DNA of 64,000 nucleotides from IMG/VR virus record IMGVR_UViG_3300025005_000002, positions 64,001 through 128,000 of that record, one strand, 5' to 3'. The DNA is from a virus. The notes below the pieces were generated by a model. It searched no databases and had not been told where the DNA came from. It worked only from the letters and a program-made list of their open reading frames with translations. A program made the position numbers and the translations under genes. Below are positions 8,646 to 19,428 of the stretch, one piece after another (within the stretch, counting starts at the first letter, position 1; every line of letters starts with the position of its first letter).

Positions 8646-8710
8646 ACGCAAGGGCCTTAAAAGCCCTTGGCCTTAGGGCCGTGAGAGTTCAATTCTCTCC
8701 TTCCACACCA
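8624..8710 (+). tRNA. tRNA-Leu(UAA)
   Basis: GGCGGAATTCGTAGACGC D arm, anticodon arm agggc-cttaaaa-gccct, long variable arm, gagag-ttcaatt-ctctc T arm, CCA end; one acceptor-stem mismatch. Confidence 0.9.
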
Positions 8711-8730
8711 CATTTTTTTAGGAGGATTTG

Positions 8731-8916
8731 ATGACCCGAGAACGAGCTACTGAATTAAAATATTTCAAATGATTTCGATGCAATGTTAATTTAGGTCCTG
8801 CTGAATCAGATATAATTGACGATATGAACCAACGATTTATGAATAAAACAGGGAAGAATATCCCAAAAGGTTGGAACTTTTCGCAAGATGGCGAGACTCT
8901 TTTGGATCAAGAATAG
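8731..8916 (+). pseudogene. Small phage protein with in-frame TGA at codon 14
   Basis: aggagg RBS + ATG 8731; reads MTRERATELKYFK*FRCNVNLGPAESD...TGKNIPKGW, with TGA at 8770-8772. Confidence 0.5.
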
Positions 8917-8923
8917 GGAGGTA

Positions 8924-9169
8924 ATGATGTCAGAAGAAGTATCGTTTTGGTTGCATTGTAAGAAATGTTTGGATGAACGTCCAGGTGGCATTTCGCCAAA
9001 GGATTATGCCAGACAACAGATTGGTGTTACCCCTTTTGGTGAGACCATTGTATGGTGCAATAGACATAATATGGAGGTTGCAAGACTTGAAATGTCCAAT
9101 GATCAAGCCGCAAAATTTGAAACATGTACCTGTGGTGAGTGTAATTTAATGGCACCAAAAAGTAATTAA
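8924..9169 (+). CDS. Small Cys/His-rich putative Zn-binding protein
   Basis: HCKKC...VWCNRH...CTCGEC; ggagg RBS. Confidence 0.65.
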   Translation: MMSEEVSFWLHCKKCLDERPGGISPKDYARQQIGVTPFGETIVWCNRHNMEVARLEMSNDQAAKFETCTCGECNLMAPKSN

Positions 9170-9178
9170 GGAGGAGTA

Positions 9179-9708
9179 ATGAGAAAACCAAAGGTAACCG
9201 AAGAACCACGACTTGGGTTAATTGATCCAACAAAGCTTACATCAGTAGTGGATTTAGATGTGGAGAAAGAAGTGCAGGTATGGCTAAACAAGGTAAGCAA
9301 ACTTTCGAATCATACATTATCCAGTGTAATTACAGTGTTACTGTCTGTGCAGTGTATTAATTTTGAGTCAGTGGTAAGAGCTAAGGCCAAGAAGAAGACA
9401 GTGAAAATAAAATTATAATGGATCAATACTCTGGCGGTAACTGTCCTAAATGTGGTGGAATATTAAAAGATGTATTTGTATCAATAGAGTATGAGGAGGC
9501 GATAGAACGTGTCTGTACGAACTGCCAATATAGTTTTGATGAACGTCCGTTGGACTGGGTGGATATCAAGGAAGTAAAAATTCGTTCGATAGGAGAGCCC
9601 TATGGACACGGAAAAGCAGCTGTGCAAGTATTGCAAGAAGCGGGTGGACAAGTGGTGCCAGGTGGAGAAGAAGTTCGTACCAAAGAAGTTCTCATGCCAA
9701 GAATTTAA
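9179..9708 (+). other. Two small ORFs (9179-9418; 9418-9708, Zn-ribbon CPKC..CTNC)
   Basis: Coupled ORFs with RBS; CxxC pairs in the second. Confidence 0.55.
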
Positions 9709-9725
9709 AAAGAAATAAGAGGAGA

Positions 9726-10235
9726 ATGACCATGGATAATAAGTGGCATAAGATGCTGCTTGCTGTCATCGGTGGATTTCTCTTGGGATTGTGTTTTATG
9801 TGGGGTTTTGATTCATACGGTGGGGAATACATGACATACACGGACCCCAAGACTGGGGTGAAGTACTTCGGTGATGCGTTACCACCGAGTATCCCAGCTA
9901 ATGCCCGGGTTGAAGTACGGGAACATGAGTGTGTATCAATAGTTGGTAACAACTGGACTGCCACAGAAAGAAATAAGGTAGTGATATTGAGGGTCAATAC
10001 TCCAAAACCGGTAACTAAGGTAGAAACGCAACCATTACATATGCAAATATCAAATTTGCCATCAAGTAATTCAGTTTATGATGAATTGATATATGAATCC
10101 GAACGACCAATCAGACCCGGTAATTCAATATATGAAAGAGACTTTAATCGAGCCACAAATGCATGGGGTCGATATAAAGATAAAATGTTTGATTGGAGAG
10201 CGAAAGGGTATGGTATGGGTTTAAGATCTAGATGA
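9726..10235 (+). CDS. DUF4124-like exported/membrane-anchored protein
   Basis: N-terminal TM helix followed by YMTYTDPKTGVKYFGDALPP, matching the DUF4124 pattern Y-x-W/Y-x-D-x2-G-x3-Y/F-x-D-x-PP. Confidence 0.65.
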   Translation: MTMDNKWHKMLLAVIGGFLLGLCFMWGFDSYGGEYMTYTDPKTGVKYFGDALPPSIPANARVEVREHECVSIVGNNWTATERNKVVILRVNTPKPVTKVETQPLHMQISNLPSSNSVYDELIYESERPIRPGNSIYERDFNRATNAWGRYKDKMFDWRAKGYGMGLRSR

Positions 10236-11342
10236 TTAAACATCCCGCACTGGATGATCCGGTGGGGCTCTGTTTTGGACTTACTACAGGTAGATGTTTT
10301 ACAGTAATTGGTTTATATTACCCACATCATAAAGGCTGTGGGTACACAGGGGGCCGGATGGAATCCTGCTGTGGAAGTGTAGTGCCGAAACATAGCAACA
10401 ATGAAGTATCTGTCCAGCACTTAAACGTATAATCCTGTATTTTGGTCAAATTTCGAGGAGGTGGTATAAATTTAAAAGATTTTCTTTTCTTTTCGTCGTC
10501 TATGCTTAGATGGCCCAAATTAATCAGTACTATTTACTCTGGAGGTAATAATGGGGTTTGATGGGTCTAGTTTGGAGGTTATTCAACGAGAATATGTAAT
10601 GAGGGTTTTGCGAGAATTAGAATGGATCGATAAAACAGTAAAGGAGGTTTGTAGTTTTACAGAAGACCATAGGAAGAAGATCCGCCGTCGAGTAGAAGAC
10701 TACTTACGGAAATGCCCTCCTGAGGAATTGGCTATAGTGGTTGCAGTATGTGGTATTAAGACAACCGTTGAGGAGGGGAAGACAAAAGCTTATGGGGAGG
10801 AGTCCAGAGAAAAATAAAGAATATAAAGAGGTATTCTCTATGGGACCTTAATGGGTTATGTTTATGAGCGAGTAACCTGTGTACTCCTTGAGAGTACGAG
10901 GCTCTATATATTATGAGATTTATATGTTAGCTTATTGTATTGCAGTTATTAACTGCACCCTAGATTGGGTTTGCCCTGATCAGGCTCTGATTACTATAGT
11001 TGTTTTATTGTGGTGGATGGGGATATAGGACCATGGTCCTATATCCCCAAATTTGTTAAGGGGGTGATGATGGTAAAACTATCCCCAAGGTATGTAATAG
11101 TGACCATAGGGAATATTATTTTTAGAAACAATACAACATGTATTAAATGTAGTATCTGTGGGGCAATTTGTGATGGAGAGACACAACAAGATCAAATTAA
11201 TAAACTTTTTGAATGCCTTGGTAAACATATCCCCGCAGAGCATTTATATGAGGTATATGAAACAGAAGGCAATAAAGTTATTACACAAATAAACAAGGAG
11301 GTTTGGGATAAAGCAAAAAAATCCACAAAATATCGGGGGTAA
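10232..11342 (+). other. Small hypothetical ORFs (10232-10432, 10551-10817, 11010-11342)
   Basis: + strand ORFs with RBS-like motifs; no recognised family. Confidence 0.5.
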
Positions 11343-11734
11343 ATGATGCGATGTCACAAATGTAAGAGTCGTTGGTTCCATATTCATCACCAAGGTGGAG
11401 AAGCAACATGTGAAACTTGTGGTAAGAATCGTCGGATTAAACGGGCCCACATATGTCGTATGAGGGTTAAAAAAGAAGATATAGTGTAAATAACAACCCA
11501 GGTTTGCCTATCCTGGTAGAAAGGAGGCGTATATAAAATAGGTAATATGAAGTGGGGGTATATATGAGTAAGTGTAGTCATGGTACAGTTTTTGAACAAG
11601 ATCGTAAATATGTTGAACTGTTGTTTGTATTGAGGCTTGTCACTAACAAGCTACTGGATTTATTTAAACTGTAGTAGTGGCTGTGCATTGCACACACACA
11701 AGGGTCTTAGACCCACAAAAGGAGGAATATTACC

Positions 11735-12088
11735 ATGTTGGCAGAAGTGACATGCGTGGACCAGAAAGACCTGAGGTTTGCAACTTCCAAGCGAATGCTG
11801 GTCCGGGTGATGAAGCTCTTGAACGTGAGGCCGAAGTTGGGCAAGTTCCATACACCTCATGTCAAGGAAGGTAAGTGGGTATGGATGTTAATCACCCGGA
11901 GCAACGACCCGCAGAAGAAGGTGCCCATCTACTTTTCGGTGGATCAGGGGACCATGGACGCGCAACTGTCAGTAACTCACAGGAGTCAAGATAAGCTCTG
12001 GACACACAGATTGCCTCTTCCACTCGATTTAAAGAACATCAGCCCTGATGAAGTCTTCAAACAGCTGGGGTTCTTTTCGGATTATTAA
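11735..12088 (+). CDS. Hypothetical protein; second GC-rich gene
   Basis: aggagg RBS; G/C-ending codons contrast with the flanks. Confidence 0.7.
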   Translation: MLAEVTCVDQKDLRFATSKRMLVRVMKLLNVRPKLGKFHTPHVKEGKWVWMLITRSNDPQKKVPIYFSVDQGTMDAQLSVTHRSQDKLWTHRLPLPLDLKNISPDEVFKQLGFFSDY

Positions 12089-12113
12089 GTAGAAAGTAAC
12101 AAATAAGATTACG

Positions 12114-12210
12114 CCGCCTGGGCCGGGGCGGATGAAATACCGGCCATTGCCCACCTGCACCGCTGCGCAATGCGGCATACAATCGGGCAGCATAGGCATC
12201 CTAGCCTATG
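12114..12210 (+). ncRNA. Candidate structured RNA: H-type pseudoknot plus two hairpins
   Basis: ccgcc (12114-18)/ggcgg (12127-31) interleaved with ggccgg (12121-26)/ccggcc (12140-45); tgccc/gggca (12148-52/12185-89); cataggc/gcctatg (12191-12210). Confidence 0.4.
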
Positions 12211-12275
12211 GTATTAAACTTTTCCCCAAGAAATTATAATGGAGTTGTTAATGGTAAAACTTCAAAATTTATATT

Positions 12276-15200
12276 TTGTGTATCAAGCCCAAGATCTGTA
12301 TGTTTAAACCACACGAAGGTGCTGTGCCAATTCCATATTTTAATACATCAGAAAAAACATATATTAATAATGCATTACGGATGTATCGACACATTGCTCA
12401 TGGTAGTGATGCTGATCATATAGACACCATTGCTGTGGTGGTATCTAGGGACGGTATATTATATGAATTTCAATTTTGGATACTTTGGCGAGCAGTATTA
12501 CTTTACAAATTAAATTTCCCAACCAATCCTATATGTGCAAATTCAGAACTAGTGGTAAGTCGTATATTTACCAAGATTAAGGAGACAATTAACCGTTATG
12601 GATTGGATAACGATAATGAAGGTAAAGGAACAATTAGATAATTCAATTATACCATTTGATGAATTGGCAGCATTAGTTGGTGGTATTGGTAGTTATGTGC
12701 AGGTTAAACCAGATCAAAAAGAATTTCTGGAAGTTGCGATAGAGAAATTAAAACGTCAAAGACAGTCTGCAATGAATGTTGTTATCCAAGGCTCAATGGT
12801 AAATGCCAACATTAAGGATTGTATCTTAACTAAAAAAGAAATTGATGGTATATCAAAGGCATTTTCGTTATATAGGATGACTGTTGATAATATTGAATGG
12901 GGCCCAAGAGCAGTCGGTATTACTGATCATCTTGCCGAAATGAATAAATGTTTTAAGGAAGCAGTTCGTACACTCATTGACGAAGAGATGAAAGATTCTG
13001 ATGAGGAGGGAAAATGTGACAAGGTGTGAGTGTGGACATGGGAAAATAGACCATTTTACGGTATCACCAGTAGGGGCTGGGTGTGGGAAATTGGGTGTTG
13101 ATGGTTTCCCATGTAAATGCGAAGGGTTTATACCAAATAAAGATGACATTATCACAGCAATAGAAAATAGATGTAAACAAGGTGGTAGTGTCCCATGTGA
13201 AAGCATATTGTCAATTATCCGCAATGTGGGGAAATAAAAATGATAAAAATACCACTCAAAATGCTCGACAAATTTAAAGATCCAATAAAATATATTGAGT
13301 ATTTACATAAGTTAATATGGTTATCTAGTAGGAACGTAGTATTTTGGGGTAGCTATAATGAGAAGACAGATAAGTGGGATGAAGATGCTCATCCATTTAT
13401 AAACTGTAATGATACATTTTATTTTGCGACTGCAGACGGGGAGGATTTTGAAGAAAAAGATATGGATTTAATTATAGAGGCCTACAAAAAATTTGGGTAT
13501 TCAGGAGTTGATGCGTGGATTGCTTTGAAAAGGGGGATCGATGTTTTGGAACAGCGTATTACACCAGAATATTTAAAAGCTAAGAAATGGTTACAAGATG
13601 AGTCTAGATAAGGCGATTAAGCATGGTAAAGAAAAACGCAAACCATACAGAAAGGCAAAAGCAATCGATGCATCATGTAGAAATCATGGGGGGTGTCCAT
13701 GGTGTGAGGCGAATAGAACACACAAATCAAAAGTACATAAAAAAGATATAGATGAGGATATAAATGAATCTGATTAAACATGCATATTTGGCTGATATTC
13801 AAACATCATTAAATATCTTGTGTGATTCATTATATATTAAACTTGGACCTGAGTTTGTATTTATTGGGCGTTTATATATTTTACATAAATATATTAAATG
13901 GAATATTATTGAAGCTATACATACATGGGTTTACAGGGGGGATAAAGATGTGGAGTAATATACCAAAGGGACGTGTTGTGGTACATCCTACTAAAGAAGA
14001 ATATGAATATATGGACGGGCTAAGATTCCCATTCATACATAATAAAGAAAATCAAGAAAAGGAGAAACGATATAAAAGATTTTGTGTACTTAAAGATAAG
14101 CGATTAGGTGGCAAAGAATATAAAAAATTAGAAGAACGTATTCAAAAATTGATATTTGAAAATAAAGAAAGATTTTTCGATCCAAGGATTGGTGAAGAAA
14201 TCAAACCAATTTGTAAACGAAATAAAGGAGGATGGAGTAATGTCAGTCGAAGAACTTAAAAAGAAAATTGATGGGATGAGTTATGAACAATTATTAAGAC
14301 ATAATAGGTTTGCGCCCGCTGGTGATTCAATGTTTATAGGCGAGATTGGTAGATATTATATGAAAGTGATGGCTGAAAAGAGAAAGATTATTGGTGATGA
14401 AGAACATACCGCTACCAGTAAATTAATAGGTTGGGAGCAAAAATAATGTTTAAAACAGATGGACCAACATTACCCCCAAATGATCCAATTTGGTTAACTA
14501 CTAGGCAAGTATGTGCAAAGTGTGGTAAGGAATATTGTGTTTGTAATCTTAATCCTTCACTAGAGGAAGAAATAAAAAAGATGAACAAAAAACTAGACGT
14601 TATTTTGACAATCCTAGATCGGAGAAAACATGATCGTAAAGAGAGATGAACCATTTTATAAGCGCATATATTTTACTTTTATTAATGAGTGGGCGCAATT
14701 TTTTGGGCATTATAATTGGAAAAACTGGGATTGGTGTTTAATCCAGGTTATGTATGAGAATGATATTATCTTGGGTGCATATGAAATTCAGATTGTCATA
14801 TTTGGGCTTGGATTTTGTATACGATTTACTAAATCCATTAAAACTAAAGAAATGCTTGATATAGAGGAGCAATTGAAAAAGATTGAATCTGGGGAAGCTG
14901 CTAAAAATTGGAAAGATTGGGAAGAAGTAAAAAAGGAATTATTTGGAAATTGTTGTCCCAGGTGTTATTATAAACTGGATGGATCGGAGGACAAAGATGA
15001 CAAAGATAAAAATTAAAGGTAATGTGCGTGTAAATACATATGCTATTATTAGCCGTGCAATAGAAGAGGGGCTTGAGTATGGATGGAACCGAGCTCACAA
15101 ACATACTAATACCCCGTCTAAAGAAACAATATTAATAGAGCAGGAAAATGCTGTTATGCTTAATCTTGATGAAGTATTAATATATGATTCTATAGAGGAT

Positions 15201-16755
15201 AAAGATGAAGATACACCTAAAATTCCATGATTCTAACGAACGGCATACAAAAACAACTATATTTATAAAAGCACAATGGACACCAAGTAACGAAATTAGA
15301 ATGGAATAATCAATCAATTTATATCTTCCTTCATGAAGAATTATTAAAGATTAAAAAAGCAGATGGTAATGTGGTACCACTTCTTGTATCAGAAGCTGAT
15401 ATGGTTGGTACTGATTGGGTAGTAGTATCACCACAAGAAACAATAAATACAGAATTTATGGAGGTAGCAGAATCTAAAGGCAATACTGACTTGATTATAA
15501 AACCGGAGGAGATAGAATGAAGGCTGTTCTTGAACATGTGGTGGTGGATTCGTTGGCAGAATTTGGTATCCCAGAAATAGATGTAAAATTTACTGCTGCT
15601 GAATGGCAGTTAATGAGAAAGTTTGTCCGGATGGCCAAGGAACACCTTGATGTTATTGAGTCCGATTTATCCCCATATGAGCAACTGGTGTACAAAAAGA
15701 TGGTGCCATTTTTTATGGAAATAGATGAGCAGGTTGCAAAATCGTTAGAAGATATTAAGAGTAAACATGAGAATGTCAATATGGATGCAGTAAAGGATTT
15801 TCACCGTTATGATTGGTCTGAGGAACTCGCTAAAAATGTGGCTACAGATGAGGAAATAGCGGCGATGCGGAAAGAGGAGGAGGAAGCAGCCCAAATAACT
15901 ACAGGAGGTACTCCCCAATTACCATAGAACACGCCTTAAAAGAAGCCGTGAAAAAATGGTCAGATGCTACATATTATGGTATTGGATCACAAGCTGAGGC
16001 TGCACAGGCCATACTTGATGTAGTATCACTCCTTCAAAAAGAAGATCCTATTTTAATTGGATGGAAAGAATACGAACCACCAGTTAAAGCAATAGCCACG
16101 GGGCTTCCTGCCGAAGATGGTGATTGGCTTGGTGGTGATGAAGATGATGCATCATTTGCAATTGAATGGTTATGTGGGCAGTTAAATGTTCCTTATGAAG
16201 AGGAGGAAATACTGTAATGCAAACCTGTGTTAAAGATGGTAAGATAACAATGGTTATGTCATATGAAGAGTGGCAAGATTTGTATCCCATAATTGACAAA
16301 GATCGATTATCCAAACCAATGGTTGTAGAAATTAATAATACTCAGCAGTTGTTTAGTGAAATGTTGGACAAAGAGATAACAAAGGTACCTGATTACTTGC
16401 GGCGCGTAATTGAAATGAATACAATTGTATATCCTAATATTATCCCTATCAAAAAGGAGATGGTAAGGTAATGTCTGCTCACAAGAATTTAATGAAAGAT
16501 GTATTTGAGAAAGTTGGACTCCTTACAAAAGCAACAGAATGTCTGGAGTCTGCAAGAAATATCTACCATGAACATTTTGCGGATGAAATTGGTTCAGATG
16601 AAAAATATAAACATATTGCTGTGGAATTAGATGAGATTATGGAACTTTTAAAGAAGGAATGTTTAGCATTTACTGGTAAGGTTGAGAGTCTTGAGATCTT
16701 TAAGGAAAATACCAAGAAAGGTAAGAAGGATAAGGCAATAACAAAGGAGGGATAA
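12276..16755 (+). other. Dense array of about 16 small coupled hypothetical ORFs (phage accessory region)
   Basis: Contiguous + strand ORFs of 55-145 aa with ATGA/TAATG overlaps. Includes 13240-13611, 13598-13777 (KAIDASCRNHGGCPWC, missed by the track), 14240-14446, 14630-15016, 15517-15927, 15948-16217 and 16471-16755. Confidence 0.65.
15227..15520 (+). pseudogene. DUF2829/Tad2-like protein interrupted by an in-frame TAA
   Basis: Reads ...LYL*KHNGHQVTKLEWNNQSIYIFL...PLLVSEADMVGTDWVVV, matching the LKxGxKVxRxxW...W/LxxSxxDMxxxDWxxV pattern. TAA at 15266-15268. Confidence 0.55.
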
Positions 16756-16758
16756 ATC

Positions 16759-17022
16759 ATGCCTACCTCTAAAATTTGTGGATATTGTGCGGCGTGTGGA
16801 AAAATATTGCAACCCGGGGAAATTGCAATATTTTTTGGGACTATAAGAGTAACTAAAGATAAGCCAGAGCCAGGGGTCATAGCATGTGTCTATAATACTG
16901 GGGTGGTATGTCGTGCATCACATCTCCAAGGTGAAGAACGATGTGCGATATGTCAAAAATGTTGGGCCCTGATCAAAATAGGGTACTTTAGATCAGATGC
17001 AAATTATATGGAGACCGCATGA
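16759..17022 (+). CDS. Cys-rich hypothetical protein
   Basis: CGYCAAC...CAICQKC; ggagg RBS; ATGA overlap with add. Confidence 0.6.
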   Translation: MPTSKICGYCAACGKILQPGEIAIFFGTIRVTKDKPEPGVIACVYNTGVVCRASHLQGEERCAICQKCWALIKIGYFRSDANYMETA

Positions 17023-17963
17023 TTGAATTACATCAGCACATGGATGGTTCTATACCGCCAGGATTTATGTGGGAAAGATTAAAAAAACATGGGTTACAAC
17101 CATGCGAAACATTTGAGTTATTTCAGGAAATGGTATACGCCACAGATAATGAAACATTGTTAGATTATTTGAATCGATTTCATGTCCCTATGTGGGTTAC
17201 GCAGTTTTATGGGAATGTTAAGGATGCGATATATATAATAGCGCGTGATGCATACAATACTGGAGTTCGTACGTTGGAATTGCGATGGTCGCCCATTATA
17301 CATACCTTCGCAGGGATGACCGTCAGGCAGACAATAAGGGCCATATTAGATGGTATGAACCATTTTGTATCAGAATATAAAGATATGAAGATGGGGTTAA
17401 TAATCATATCCATGAAACACCATGGACCACATATTGCCAAAATCATGGCTCGTGCTGCGTTGTCTGAGGCGCAGCACCTTCATACGGGATGTGGAGTAGT
17501 TGGTTTTGACCTGGCGGGAGCAGAACGGCTATTCCCACCCCGGCTTTTTAAAGAGGCCTTTGATTTGGCTAGGGCTGGTAAATTACATTTAACATGTCAC
17601 GCAGGTGAAGACGGGTCACCACAAAATATATGGGAAGCCATTGATATTCTTGGTGTCGAACGCATTGGCCATGGATGTACTGCAATCCACGATAAAGAAT
17701 TAATGAGGAGAATTGCACGAGACCAAATATTGGTAGAATGTTGTGTGAGTAGTAATTACCATACTGGGGCTGTAAAACAAGGCGTAGAACATCCAATCAA
17801 AGAGTTCTTGGAACATTTAATGCCAGTTAGTATCTGTACAGACAACCCGATTATAAGTAAAACAGATATATTAAGAGAATGTAGGATAGTGAATGACCTT
17901 TGTGGGCCAGTATCCGACCACATAATGAATCGTGCACAGAATTTCTGTTTTATAGGGAGATAA
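17019..17963 (+). CDS. add: Adenosine deaminase family amidohydrolase
   Basis: ELHQHMDGS (HxHxD), GFDLAG, CHAGE (catalytic Glu), RIGHG and CTDNP all present. Confidence 0.9.
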   Translation: MIELHQHMDGSIPPGFMWERLKKHGLQPCETFELFQEMVYATDNETLLDYLNRFHVPMWVTQFYGNVKDAIYIIARDAYNTGVRTLELRWSPIIHTFAGMTVRQTIRAILDGMNHFVSEYKDMKMGLIIISMKHHGPHIAKIMARAALSEAQHLHTGCGVVGFDLAGAERLFPPRLFKEAFDLARAGKLHLTCHAGEDGSPQNIWEAIDILGVERIGHGCTAIHDKELMRRIARDQILVECCVSSNYHTGAVKQGVEHPIKEFLEHLMPVSICTDNPIISKTDILRECRIVNDLCGPVSDHIMNRAQNFCFIGR

Positions 17964-18423
17964 AATGACAATAGTCCACTATATTATAATGATTTTACTG
18001 ATTTTGCTAAGTATTGCATTTACATGGGTAGCTACTAGATATTATTATTTAAGGATAATTAATATTATGACCGAAAAGAACCAGCACCTTACAGAAAGGG
18101 TAAAGAAGGCAGAGAATATTATACTGCATGATTTATTACAACTTTCTCCAGACGATGTTGCTTTGTTGAAAAGGAATATGGAAGGGGATATAATTAAACC
18201 TGTTACTAGGGAGTAATGATGAATGTAGTGGTTTTTATAGGGATGTGGGTATTGTGCGGCTGTGCAATGAGTTATTTAGTATACCAAGTAGATGAGAATA
18301 AACATGACAGGCAAGAAATATACCATACTAATCTATATATAATTTTTATGATCATATTCTGGCCAATATCTGTTTATTTTTTCCTTCGATTCTTTATCAC
18401 GGCTGTCTTAAGGAAACCAGGAG

Positions 18424-19428
18424 GTGGCAATGGTCGATGAATTTGTGGCACGAGTGCGCAAACAATTTGAAGGCTTTGGTGGGACATCTCTTGGTAGGGC
18501 CATGGGAAGTCTAGATCCGGAAAGGCTAGATAAATTGTCTAATATTGTTGATATATATGGATATGCGTGGTATATTATAATGACTTGTACGTATAATATA
18601 CAATTAGACATTCAAATAAAAAGGTTTTATTCTGATATACCGGAGAAACCATTACTTGATGATACATCACTACAATCATTAGTTAAATATTTACAAAGCG
18701 ATTTAAATAGATTTAACGGCATATCTGGTTCTTGGGATCACAGCAAGGTATCAGTGGATGATATTGCACGCTTATTTATGCAGACTGTAAGTGGTGTTAA
18801 ATTTGAATTTGATGGTTGGTTGCGTAGTGGGGCCAGCACTAATCAAATATACCAACCACTTGGGCTTATAGCCGACAAATTTCTTGAACCAGAATTTTTT
18901 GGTAGACACGCGTCTAATATAGGTGCTATATTAAACTGGGATGCTAGTTTTATGGATGCGGACGATAGTAAATATAAGTTAATGGTAATTGATAGATGGC
19001 CTGACATTATAGGAAGAATTAAGCGTAGATTTGCTCCAGAAGATAAGAAATTGCCTAGATTTTGTTATGGATTCAATGATTTTTATTTGCTACGACCAGT
19101 TGCGGTATCAATTTTAAGGGGGAAACAGGTCCCAGATGAAATCTTTAACTGGTTTGCTTTGTGGCATTTCAGAAGAAGATGGGGATCAACACCTAGTGAT
19201 GTATTATATGCTAAGGCTATATGTAAAGGATGGGAAAGGTTTCGTGAGGTAATTTATAGTTTGGATTATAAACGAAATCATCTTTTTAATTGTTTTATGA
19301 GGATATTGCACGAATTAAAAACAGTGCCGTTAACTAGGGAACAACTTGGCGATGTTTACCCATCCTTAATAAGGGCAGCTTTGAAAAGAAATGATACGAT
19401 AGCAGCGGAGTTCATACAAATTATATGA
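18424..19428 (+). CDS. Hypothetical helical protein (334 aa)
   Basis: Long ORF with ggagg RBS; no family recognised. Confidence 0.75.
   Translation: MAMVDEFVARVRKQFEGFGGTSLGRAMGSLDPERLDKLSNIVDIYGYAWYIIMTCTYNIQLDIQIKRFYSDIPEKPLLDDTSLQSLVKYLQSDLNRFNGISGSWDHSKVSVDDIARLFMQTVSGVKFEFDGWLRSGASTNQIYQPLGLIADKFLEPEFFGRHASNIGAILNWDASFMDADDSKYKLMVIDRWPDIIGRIKRRFAPEDKKLPRFCYGFNDFYLLRPVAVSILRGKQVPDEIFNWFALWHFRRRWGSTPSDVLYAKAICKGWERFREVIYSLDYKRNHLFNCFMRILHELKTVPLTREQLGDVYPSLIRAALKRNDTIAAEFIQII

Noticed and set aside
12112-12125. ZTP riboswitch (GCCGCCTGGGC resembles its 3' hairpin)
   Set aside because: The 5' aptamer half is absent; the upstream sequence is coding or AT-rich.
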